DNA of 64,000 bases from an uncultured bacterium (GTDB lineage Bacteria > Patescibacteriota > Minisyncoccia > Phycocordibacterales > GWA1-40-21): positions 13,112-77,111 of the forward strand of contig CAIJNK010000021.1 of the NCBI GenBank assembly GCA_903822075.1, in the 5' to 3' direction. The notes under the pieces were generated by a model, which saw nothing but the letters and a program-made list of their open reading frames with translations, ran no database searches and had not been told where the DNA came from. Positions 56,566-64,000 of this stretch are shown here, piece after piece (positions within the stretch are counted from its first letter, which is position 1; the number at the start of each line of letters is the position of its first letter). Both the position numbers and the translations under genes were made by a program.

Positions 56566-58758
56566 ATGCAATTCACAGACTTGATAGAAAAACACTTTCG
56601 TCTGCAAGATAGCCAAAAAAAGGCCCTGAAAAAGATAGGTTTAAAGACCATTGAAGATTTGCTGTATCATTTCCCGACCCGTTACGGTGACACATCAGAA
56701 ATGAAAAATATAAGTAGTCTGATTGCTGGCGAAACAGCGGTAATTTTCGGCCGAATAAATGGACTCAAAACCGGCAAGGCTTTTATAAAAAGAACCCCCA
56801 TTTCCGAAGGCGTGATTGAAGATGAAACGGGAAAAATAAAATGCATCTGGTTTCACCAGCCTTATATTGCCAAGATGGTTCAAGATGGCGCACTTGTTCG
56901 AGTGGAAGGAAAAGTTTCTGACCGCAAAGGCGTGTTGGGCATGATGAACCCCAAAATTGAAGTGGTTGGCAAACTACCCACCGGCGTGGGCGACTCTTTA
57001 TTCGGTGAGGAAGGCGAAGCGCATTCCCTTTACCCCGTTTATCCGGAAAGCCAGGGTATCACCTCCAACTGGTTTTATCACGCCGTCCAAAAAATCCTAG
57101 GCAGCGGGATTTTGGATAATTTGTTGGATTCCATTCCTGATTATATTTTAAAAACCTACAACCTCCCCTCTTTAACGACGGCCTTGGTTTGGATTCACGC
57201 CCCGCTTAAAAAAGAACATGCCGTCTCCGCCCGCAAGCGGTTTGCCTTCGAGGAAGTTTTTTATATTCAACTGCAAAAAAAGAAAGATCGATTACTTTGG
57301 CAGAAAGAACCAGCTTTTGTGATTGAAAAAACACCGGCGGAAATTGAACAGTTTGTAAAAAGATTTCCTTTCACTGCCACTGAAGCCCAGAAAAAAGCGA
57401 TTGAGGCTATTATGACGGACTTCCGAAGTGGACACGCCATGTCTCGCCTGCTTGAAGGTGATGTGGGTTCGGGTAAAACAGCCGTGGCTGCTTCCACTGC
57501 CTATTCTATAATTACTTCTCATCCGAAAGGCCAGGATTTTGGAAACCTGCAGGTGACCTATATGGCGCCGACGGAAATTTTGGCCAAACAACATTTTGAA
57601 AGTTTCATCCAGTATTTTACTTATTTAAATATAAATATCGGTTTGATTACCGGTAAAGAATGCCGAAAGTTCCCATCCAAAACCAATCCGAAAGAGTGGA
57701 CGCATATTTCTAAGCCGCAACTTTTAAAATGGGTGGAAAATGGCGAAATTCCGATTCTTATCGGCACGCATGCCCTCATTCAGAAAAATGTAAAATTCAA
57801 ACATTTAGCTTATGTGATTATTGACGAACAACACCGCTTCGGAACGGCGCAAAGGCAAAAGCTAGCCCAAAAACCAACCGATCTTAAAAAAACAGATAAA
57901 CCAAATATTAATCCTCATCTCTTGAGCATGACCGCCACACCCATTCCCCGCACTTTAGCTCTGACAATTTATGGAGACTTAGATTTAACTTTGCTTGACC
58001 AGATGCCTACGGGCCGAAAACCGATTATCACGGAAATTGTATTACCAGGTGAGCGAGAAAATACTTACACCAAAATAAAAAAAGAACTTATTGCCGGGCG
58101 ACAGCTATATGTCATCTGCCCGCGCATAGATGAGCCGGACCCCACCAAGGAAATGGCGGTCATTGCCAAAAGTGTGACCGAGGAAGCCGAGCGTTTGGAA
58201 CGTGATGTGTTTCCAGAATATAAAGATAAAATTGGCATTCTGCACAGTAAAATGTTACCGGCAGACAAGGAGTATGTCATGCAAGAATTCAAGGATGGAA
58301 AAATAAAAATCCTCGTCGCCACCTCGGTAGTGGAAGTGGGTGTGAACGTGCCAAACGCCACCGTGATTATCATTGAAGGCGCCGAACGTTTCGGCCTCGC
58401 TCAGCTGCATCAGCTTCGCGGCCGAGTTATCCGTAGTAACGACCAAGCTTACTGTTATATTTTTGCCGATTCCAAAACCCAGAAAACCGTTGACCGCTTG
58501 AAAGCTTTCAAAAATTCCTCAAATGGTTTTGAACTGGCTGAATTTGATTTGAAACTTCGAGGCCCGGGTGAACTGTCAGGCAATAGACAGTGGGGCATCT
58601 CCGACATCGGTATGGAAGCCCTCCGCAACCTCAAGATGGTGGAAGCGGCTCGCACCGAAGCCGAATATCTCCTCACCCAAGATGAAACTCTCTCTTCCTT
58701 CCCTCTTCTCATCACAAAACTCACCCACCGCAAGGAGGATGAGATTCATTTTGAGTAA
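56566..58758 (+). CDS. recG: ATP-dependent DNA helicase RecG.
   Basis: Wedge domain, Walker A DVGSGKTAVAA, DEQHRFG (DExH), helicase C motifs, 730 aa. TGCTAAGAT box 6 nt before the ATG. Confidence 0.9.
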   Translation: MQFTDLIEKHFRLQDSQKKALKKIGLKTIEDLLYHFPTRYGDTSEMKNISSLIAGETAVIFGRINGLKTGKAFIKRTPISEGVIEDETGKIKCIWFHQPYIAKMVQDGALVRVEGKVSDRKGVLGMMNPKIEVVGKLPTGVGDSLFGEEGEAHSLYPVYPESQGITSNWFYHAVQKILGSGILDNLLDSIPDYILKTYNLPSLTTALVWIHAPLKKEHAVSARKRFAFEEVFYIQLQKKKDRLLWQKEPAFVIEKTPAEIEQFVKRFPFTATEAQKKAIEAIMTDFRSGHAMSRLLEGDVGSGKTAVAASTAYSIITSHPKGQDFGNLQVTYMAPTEILAKQHFESFIQYFTYLNINIGLITGKECRKFPSKTNPKEWTHISKPQLLKWVENGEIPILIGTHALIQKNVKFKHLAYVIIDEQHRFGTAQRQKLAQKPTDLKKTDKPNINPHLLSMTATPIPRTLALTIYGDLDLTLLDQMPTGRKPIITEIVLPGERENTYTKIKKELIAGRQLYVICPRIDEPDPTKEMAVIAKSVTEEAERLERDVFPEYKDKIGILHSKMLPADKEYVMQEFKDGKIKILVATSVVEVGVNVPNATVIIIEGAERFGLAQLHQLRGRVIRSNDQAYCYIFADSKTQKTVDRLKAFKNSSNGFELAEFDLKLRGPGELSGNRQWGISDIGMEALRNLKMVEAARTEAEYLLTQDETLSSFPLLITKLTHRKEDEIHFE

Positions 58759-58761
58759 GAT

Positions 58762-59100
58762 CTAACCAAATCTAAACAAGAGTATCAAAGCGATAATTCC
58801 ATTTATGATACCGACGGTCTCGATCAGACTTATCTTCTCCTTGAAAAAAAGAACACTTATGAACGACAAAAATAATATGCAACCCACACCATAAAATACC
58901 CCAAGGGTAGATAATTTCATATGACGCATGACAAAAAACCAACCGATACCGGTGATTCCATACAAGAGGGAGCCGAGCAGCAACAATCTCCACCCGGAAA
59001 ATGAACTTGCCAGAGAAGAGGTTTTTATCAAGCTATCACCGATTACGGTAATGATGATCATTACAAAACCGATTACGTAAGGCATTATAGTATTAAGCAT
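58762..59100 (-). CDS. Small 4-TM DMT/SMR-like transporter subunit (paired).
   Basis: 112 aa, 4 TM helices. Tandem with a second ~107-aa 4-TM gene, as in paired SMR (ArnE/ArnF- or YkkCD-like). Confidence 0.5.
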   Translation of the reverse strand: MLNTIMPYVIGFVMIIITVIGDSLIKTSSLASSFSGWRLLLLGSLLYGITGIGWFFVMRHMKLSTLGVFYGVGCILFLSFISVLFFKEKISLIETVGIINGIIALILLFRFG

Positions 59101-59125
59101 TTTTATTATATTTAATTGATTAAAT

Positions 59126-59449
59126 TTACCTGATAAGATACAACGACACCACCGCCAAAACGATACCGATTATTTGCTTTACGGAAAGCGGTTCGTGGAA
59201 ATAAAAATAAGTAAAAATACTTAAAATAAGAGTATTAAGCAAGATTTGAGTAATACCGGCCACCACAATATTTACATCAAACTTGTAGCTCTCCACCAGA
59301 AGCAAGGAGCCGATTAAATAGGCAATGACACCAAATAAATAGAGCAAAGAGTAACCCATCCCTTTAGTGGCCCAGGACTTAAAAATCAAATCACCAACCG
59401 TGATAACCATACCGCTGATAAATAATATGACGAAAGGAAAATAATTCAT
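59126..59449 (-). CDS. Small 4-TM DMT/SMR-like transporter subunit (paired).
   Basis: 107 aa, 4 TM helices. Confidence 0.5.
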   Translation of the reverse strand: MNYFPFVILFISGMVITVGDLIFKSWATKGMGYSLLYLFGVIAYLIGSLLLVESYKFDVNIVVAGITQILLNTLILSIFTYFYFHEPLSVKQIIGIVLAVVSLYLIR

Positions 59450-59477
59450 TAATCCGAATATTTTAGCATTTATTATG

Positions 59478-59550
59478 TGCGCGTGCTAGGACTCGAACCT
59501 AGGACCACCGAGGTATAAGCTCGGCGCTCTACCAACTGAGCTACACGCGC
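59478..59550 (-). tRNA. tRNA-Ile with anticodon TAT (UAU), AUA-reading minor isoleucine tRNA.
   Basis: Acceptor GCGCGTG/CACGCGC. D-arm GCTCAGTTGGTAGAGC. Anticodon stem-loop CCGAG-CTTATAC-CTCGG. T-arm CTAGGTTCGAGTCCTAG. Confidence 0.7.
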
Positions 59551-59666
59551 ATCTGTCTACATGCGTTATCCACCAAAACGGCATACACTCACATATCCAA
59601 AACAAATACTAACTTAAAAAACCACTTTCCGCAATCATGAGAAAATGGTTTTTTACGATTAACTTT

Positions 59667-61643
59667 CTACCCCTGATGTTCGATATCTTGTTTCTTTTTG
59701 GGGATGATGCCGTGAGCGATGATTATTTTTTCATATTCTTCGCGCTCGATGGTTTCGATTTCCATCAATCGGGCGGCGATGGCATCCAAAGCTTTGCGGT
59801 GAGTTTTAATAATTTCTTCCGCCTTGGTGCGGGAATTGGTCATAATTTCAGACACTTCCGAATCAATCAAGGCGCTGACTTTCTCCGAATATTCTTTGCT
59901 GTCACTCACGCCGCGGCTGCCAAACAAAGTGGCTCCGCCAGTACCTTCCAAAGCCAGGGCGCCAATCTTGTCCGACATACCATATTTGGTCACCATTTCT
60001 CGGGCCAAAGCCGTTGAGACCTGCAAATCGTTTGACGGACCGGTAGTCACATCATCCATAATCATTTTTTCCGTCACATAACCGGCAAGCGCCACCGTGA
60101 TGTCATCCAGGAATTCTTTCTTGCTCTGCATTTTGCGGTCCTCCAAAGGCAACTTCAAAGTATAGCCGGCGGCGCGCCCGCGGGAAATAATGGAAATCTT
60201 GTGTACCGGATCCGCATAAGGCAAGACCGAAGCCACCACGGCGTGACCGGCCTCATGATAAGCGGTTAGTTCTTTTTCTTTCTTGGACAACAAGTGTGAT
60301 TTTCTTTCCGGTCCGAGCATTACTTTTTCAATCGAGCGGATCAAATCAAACTGTGCCACTTTGGTTCGATTTTCACGGGCGGCCAAAATAGCAGCTTCAT
60401 TCATCAAGGAATACAAATCGGCGCCGGAAAAACCGGGAGTTCGCTCCGCAATCACTTTCAAATTCACATCTTCAGCAAACGGTTTTTCTTTGGCATGAAC
60501 AAAAAGAATAGCTTCGCGGTCAGAGCGGTCTGGTAAATCAATCACCACTCGCCGATCAAAACGGCCTGGCCGAAGCAAAGCCGGATCAAGCACGTCTGGC
60601 CGGTTCGTGGCCGCCATCACAATCACTTTTTCATTGGGTTCAAAACCATCCATCTCCACCAAAATCTGGTTCAGGGTTTGCTCACGTTCGTCATTCCCCC
60701 CACCCATACCCGCGCCACGCACTCGCCCCACAGCATCGATTTCATCCACAAAAATAATGGCCGGGGCCATATCCTTGGCCATCTTAAATAAATCACGCAC
60801 ACGAGAAGCACCAACACCCACAAACATTTCCACAAATTCCGAACCAGAAATGGAGAAGAAAGCCACCCCCGCTTCCCCAGCCACCGCTCGAGCCAGCAAA
60901 GTTTTTCCGGTTCCCGGCGCCCCCATCAGTAATATTCCTTTGGGAATTCGCGCCCCGATTTCCAAAAACTTTTTCGGATTTTTCAAAAAGTCCACCACCT
61001 CAGACAGTTCTTCCTTGGCTTCCTTGGCGCCCGCCACATCCTTGAAAGTAATTTTCTGCGTTTTGTCATTGGGCAAGCTCATACGCGCCTTGCTTTGGCC
61101 AAAAGTGAAAGCCTGCATACCAGCACCTTTTACCTGCCTGGTCAAAAACCAAATGAAGAAACCGATAAAAATAAGTGGAATCAAGAACGGACCCAGAAGT
61201 AAAAACCAGTAAATCAAACCACTCTCACTTTGGATATTTATTTTTACCGTTTCCAACTTTGAAGAGTTCACGCCATAATTAAATAAAGTTTGACTCAAGG
61301 CAGTGCCGTCTTCCTTTTGTGATTTCTTGATTACCTCGGCTGTGCTGGAACCAACCTTCTTATAAGTAACGCTTAAATCATTACCTGAAACGTCTATCTG
61401 CTGGACCAGACCAGCGGAAACATCAGAAGCCAACTGCGAGACTGGAATAGTTTCAGAACTATTGTTCCCACTGTTAATGATAGAGTATAGGGAAACAACA
61501 ATCAGTAAAATAAGAATGATATTTATTATATTGGAAAAAAGTGAATTCCGGCCAAAAAATCCTGGTATCATCCCTCCGCCCTTTTTACCGCCTCCAGCCT
61601 TTTTTGGAGCCATTCCGGGCCCTTTTTTATTTAATAGTTGCAT
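59667..61643 (-). CDS. ftsH: ATP-dependent zinc metalloprotease FtsH.
   Basis: Walker [15 protein letters not shown] region, HEAGHAVV zinc motif. Start at 61643. The ORF-track start 61661 (MCYYLHM) lies inside the promoter box. Confidence 0.9.
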   Translation of the reverse strand: MQLLNKKGPGMAPKKAGGGKKGGGMIPGFFGRNSLFSNIINIILILLIVVSLYSIINSGNNSSETIPVSQLASDVSAGLVQQIDVSGNDLSVTYKKVGSSTAEVIKKSQKEDGTALSQTLFNYGVNSSKLETVKINIQSESGLIYWFLLLGPFLIPLIFIGFFIWFLTRQVKGAGMQAFTFGQSKARMSLPNDKTQKITFKDVAGAKEAKEELSEVVDFLKNPKKFLEIGARIPKGILLMGAPGTGKTLLARAVAGEAGVAFFSISGSEFVEMFVGVGASRVRDLFKMAKDMAPAIIFVDEIDAVGRVRGAGMGGGNDEREQTLNQILVEMDGFEPNEKVIVMAATNRPDVLDPALLRPGRFDRRVVIDLPDRSDREAILFVHAKEKPFAEDVNLKVIAERTPGFSGADLYSLMNEAAILAARENRTKVAQFDLIRSIEKVMLGPERKSHLLSKKEKELTAYHEAGHAVVASVLPYADPVHKISIISRGRAAGYTLKLPLEDRKMQSKKEFLDDITVALAGYVTEKMIMDDVTTGPSNDLQVSTALAREMVTKYGMSDKIGALALEGTGGATLFGSRGVSDSKEYSEKVSALIDSEVSEIMTNSRTKAEEIIKTHRKALDAIAARLMEIETIEREEYEKIIIAHGIIPKKKQDIEHQG

Positions 61644-61649
61644 ATGAAG

Positions 61650-61658
61650 ATAATAACA
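61650..61658 (-). promoter_or_regulatory. Extended -10 box TGTTATTAT (within AATGTGTTATTAT) 6 nt upstream of the ftsH ATG.
   Basis: Minus-strand reading AATGTGTTATTATCTTCATATG. Confidence 0.45.
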
Positions 61659-61734
61659 CATTTATTAAATAGTTCAACTACTGACTGATATAAATGAGGA
61701 ACACCACCTCTGCCCTTCTTTTATTATTTTTTTC

Positions 61735-61743
61735 TGTTATCAT
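61735..61743 (+). promoter_or_regulatory. Extended -10-like box TGTTATCAT 7 nt upstream of the smpB ATG.
   Basis: TTTCTGTTATCATACTTCTCATG. Confidence 0.4.
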
Positions 61744-61750
61744 ACTTCTC

Positions 61751-62200
61751 ATGGCTGAAAGTCTAATCCAAAATAAAAAAGTGTTTTTCAATTATGAAAT
61801 CACGGAAAAGTTTACCGCCGGGATCGAGCTTTTGGGTTTTGAAGTGAAAAGCGTCCGAGAAAAGAAAGGCCAGCTGGAAAGTGCTTATATCACTATTCGT
61901 GGCGGCGAAGCGTATCTTATTGGCTCCAATATTCCCGCCTATCAGCCCAAAAATGCCCCCGTGGATTTTGATCCGCTTCGAAACAGGAAGCTTCTGTTGA
62001 CCAAAAAAGAGATTAAACATCTGGCGGATATTGAAGGCAAGAAAGGCTTGACAATAGTGGCTATAGCAATGTATAATGGTGGTAGAAAGCTCAAGCTGGA
62101 AATAGGTATTGCCAAAGGTAAAAAGAGCTTTGATAAAAGAGAGACCATAAAGAAGAGAGAGACAGATAGAGAAATTCGCAGAACCTTGAAAAACGAATAG
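61751..62200 (+). CDS. smpB: SsrA-binding protein SmpB.
   Basis: NKKVFFNYEI..GIELLGFEVKS..NRKLLL SmpB signature. Start at MAESLIQ (61751). Immediately upstream of tmRNA. Confidence 0.85.
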   Translation: MAESLIQNKKVFFNYEITEKFTAGIELLGFEVKSVREKKGQLESAYITIRGGEAYLIGSNIPAYQPKNAPVDFDPLRNRKLLLTKKEIKHLADIEGKKGLTIVAIAMYNGGRKLKLEIGIAKGKKSFDKRETIKKRETDREIRRTLKNE

Positions 62201-62204
62201 TAAT

Positions 62205-62628
62205 GGGGATGATCGGCCTAGACATCTGATCTGTCCTTGATTGCGCAAAGTGGTGCATTATTATACACACCTAAAATGTTAATAAACAAACAACTGCTAA
62301 TAGCATTGTTTCAAGAGTAAAGTCTGTTGTGTCCCCATATTTTGCGGCCAACTCCTTTGCTTTCGCTTACGTAGCTTAATCTTACGATTAACGCCTAAGC
62401 GGCATCCATCTTGTCCATATCTAATAAACAAGCGTGGGTGACATAAAATTAGATTATATTGCCAGAATGTCTCGACTGGTGATGAAATAAGGGGCTAGGT
62501 TAATAATCATTTTGTTAATTCTAAAATTATTAACTCAACTCTGCTTCACGGCAGAAATAAATTGACTAAACTTTGTAGAAGCAATTAGGATACTCTTATG
62601 CACGCGGGTTCGATTCCCGCCATCTCCA
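62205..62628 (+). ncRNA. ssrA: tmRNA (ssrA), ~424 nt. Candidate tag reading frame GCG GCC AAC TCC TTT GCT TTC GCT TAC GTA GCT TAA (..ANSFAFAYVA*).
   Basis: 5' GGGGATGATCGGCC pairs with 3' CATCTCC. 3' tRNA-like end GCACGCGGGTTCGATTCCCGCCATCTCCA matches the tmRNA T-arm/acceptor consensus. Directly downstream of smpB. Confidence 0.75.
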
Positions 62629-62740
62629 CATTTCAAAAATCCGCTCGCCTTCCCAGGTGGGCGATTTTTGTTACCTAAAAATAGTTGATTTTATCTTAAA
62701 AATATATAGACTGTATTCAGACAACAAAGGAGGCATCGAT

Positions 62741-62893
62741 ATGAGTACATCACGGGGAAACGAAAAGCGTCGACGAACCGGAAAAGGAAATTGGGTATCA
62801 CGAAATGTAGCCGAAACGGCCAGAAACAAAAAGTCGGCCCTTTCACTTGCCACAAATCAAACGTTCGTCAGACGAGGTTTGAGGAGGTCGTGA
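62741..62893 (+). CDS. Small very basic 50-aa protein (hypothetical).
   Basis: Strong SD AAAGGAGG 7 nt upstream of the ATG. MSTSRGNEKRRRTGKGNWVSRNVAETARNKK... Followed by a terminator. Confidence 0.4.
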   Translation: MSTSRGNEKRRRTGKGNWVSRNVAETARNKKSALSLATNQTFVRRGLRRS

Positions 62894-62912
62894 ATCCAAT
62901 CCAAAATCAGGC

Positions 62913-62960
62913 AACCCACCGACCGAAGGCCCCACGTCTTCCATTGGTGGGTTCTTTTTT
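62913..62960 (+). terminator. Intrinsic terminator: 8-bp stem AACCCACC/GGTGGGTT with a large loop and T-run.
   Basis: Inverted repeat followed by TTCTTTTTT. Confidence 0.45.
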
Positions 62961-63213
62961 ATATATTAATTCGGTCATCTTCATTCTTAATCTATCCTCT
63001 TAACATTCTTCACTTGATTTTAACCCCCAACAAAGTAGAATACAGTGATTATGGCTGAAAAACCTGAAGGACAAAAAGACAATAACCCAAAAAACTCAAG
63101 TAAAAATTGAGTTTTTTGCTAATCTAAATGTGCTTGACTTTTAACATAAGGCATGCTATTCTTTGAGGTAGACAAGAAGCTGATAAAGATCAGTAAACAA
63201 ACGGAAGGATTTT

Positions 63214-63495
63214 ATGGCCAATACGAGCAAAAAAGCGAAAGATTACGTTCATGAAATGTCCGAAGTCGATCGACATGCCTTCAATGGGCGTCGTCACAGT
63301 TTTCTCAGCTTGATATTTGCAGGAGTAAATGAGGATTCGGTTCTGAGCGGCCTGCAACAAAACCTGTGCAACAAGCGCATCAGCGGAGTCAATATCGCAA
63401 CTGGCTCGGAGGAATACCTGGCCGAAGTGGCGATGAGTATCGCCGGCTTCATGAACACCTGTCACGAGACGAGAGAAACGGGGAGACATGTATGA
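63214..63495 (+). CDS. Hypothetical protein, GC-richer. First gene of an overlapping pair.
   Basis: SD GGAAGGA. Candidate TTGACT-17-TATTCT promoter ~60 nt upstream. Stop overlaps the next start (ATGA). Confidence 0.45.
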   Translation: MANTSKKAKDYVHEMSEVDRHAFNGRRHSFLSLIFAGVNEDSVLSGLQQNLCNKRISGVNIATGSEEYLAEVAMSIAGFMNTCHETRETGRHV

Positions 63496-63758
63496 CTTAC
63501 GAACAGCAACTCAAAGTACTTATCGTTGCGGCGCGCAGTTCGGGGCTGTCAGTGAAGGCTATCGCTTTCATTCAGAAAGCCGGGGGAAAAGTTCAAGCTG
63601 CCAATAGTCAGACGACCGACGCAACCATGGACGACCTCACAGAGAAAGTCTATCGCGAAATCAACAACGATGATGAGGAGAAAGAATCACTTCATCGTCG
63701 GGATCCTGGAGAAAGTAATTGGGGTGATGAGGCCTCGCTATTCATCCAGACTTACTGA
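63492..63758 (+). CDS. Hypothetical acidic protein. Second gene of the overlapping pair.
   Basis: ATG at 63492 overlaps the upstream TGA (translational coupling). The ORF-track start 63366 is upstream in the same frame but overlaps the previous gene. Confidence 0.4.
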   Translation: MTYEQQLKVLIVAARSSGLSVKAIAFIQKAGGKVQAANSQTTDATMDDLTEKVYREINNDDEEKESLHRRDPGESNWGDEASLFIQTY

Positions 63759-63889
63759 TCAAAGGTCTCAAAGATAGTCGGAGTGACCACAAGCAACTGC
63801 GCTTGTGGTCTTTTATTTCCAAGAACTTGACTTTTAATAACAGTAGGGTCATTATATTTCCAGAAAAGGAATTCAGAAGGAGGTCTTTA

Positions 63890-64000
63890 ATGACACAAGA
63901 CACGGAAGAACCAAAAACAGATGATCCGATAAAATTCATCGAGGAAGTGTGCGAATTACGAAGTAATGCCCGGTGGCTAGCCACGCTCGTGGCTATCTTC
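63890..64000 (+). CDS. Hypothetical protein, 3' end beyond the window.
   Basis: Strong SD GAAGGAGG 7 nt before the ATG. Open to the window end (MTQDTEEPKTDDPIKFIEEVCELRSNARWLATLVAIF). Confidence 0.4.
   Translation, partial: MTQDTEEPKTDDPIKFIEEVCELRSNARWLATLVAIF

Noticed and set aside
60607-61212. 201-aa plus-strand ORF
   Set aside because: Antisense to ftsH. Low-complexity Ala/Pro/Ser composition.
30397-61661. Upstream ATG/GTG/TTG extensions in the ORF track (MCYYLDM at 30397, MCYYLHM at 61661, MFCATIYSM at 41589; also the TTG starts at 7866, 31718, 37577, 46641, 47013 and 50758)
   Set aside because: The extensions read through the conserved ATGTGCTATAAT promoter box, or start at non-ATG codons far upstream of SD/promoter-positioned ATGs that match homologue N-termini. 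Shorter starts were used.
1-64000. CRISPR arrays, rRNA genes, transposases/integrases, group II intron or retron reverse transcriptases
   Set aside because: No regularly spaced direct repeats, no rRNA-like stretches, and no DDE/tyrosine-recombinase/RT motifs seen in any of the six frames.

Overview
This is a low-GC (~35-40%), gene-dense bacterial window with several GC-richer inserted blocks. It looks like a reduced, probably CPR/Patescibacteria-like genome, but that is an inference.

Evidence for the reduced-genome reading: gatCA is present without gatB in this window, most tRNA genes lack an encoded CCA, there is a very large type IV pilus/competence cluster, RF2 is N-terminally minimal, and many mRNAs appear leaderless.

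Content from start to end:
- A 5'-truncated giant surface protein.
- A nucleotide-modifying cluster: cdd, tRNA-Gln, a histidine phosphatase, a GIY-YIG protein, a deaminase-nucleotidyltransferase fusion, an HD hydrolase and dcd.
- ftsX-ftsE-prfB.
- A tRNA cluster: Thr x2, Asp, and two CAT-anticodon tRNAs.
- gatA-gatC-ligA.
- A ~13 kb type IV pilus locus: seven pilin-like genes, pilD, pilC, pilT, a receiver, pilB, pilM/N/O and comF.
- A NOX/ferric-reductase-like flavocytochrome followed by a membrane-anchored cytochrome b5.
- msrA, TspO, peptidase S51, a P1B-like ATPase, YgjP and a BI-1 family protein.
- An accessory island at 37.4-41.7 kb: a small acid-kinase-like/HExxH pair, an SRA-HNH putative type IV restriction enzyme, a GIY-YIG/DUF2075 P-loop protein fused to a LexA/UmuD-like S24 autopeptidase, and a MazG-like gene.
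- A GC-rich block at 41.7-47 kb: histidine phosphatase, msrB, an AhcY-like gene and hypotheticals.
- A transglutaminase-like/HExxH fusion, a dGTPase-like HD protein, dinB, and a GC-rich PurO-like cassette beside tRNA-Ser.
- An HtrA-like protease, mgtC, recG, two SMR-like genes, tRNA-Ile(UAU), ftsH, smpB and tmRNA (ssrA).
- Downstream of ssrA, small GC-richer genes suggestive of an integrated element.

A recurrent promoter-like motif runs across the window: A-TGTGCTATAAT-like extended -10 boxes placed 6-9 nt before start codons, implying leaderless translation. This motif also explains several spurious N-terminal extensions in the ORF track (MCYYL[DH]M, MFCATIYSM).

No CRISPR array, rRNA, transposase or integrase was found.

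Hand-counted coordinates may be off by 1-2 nt.
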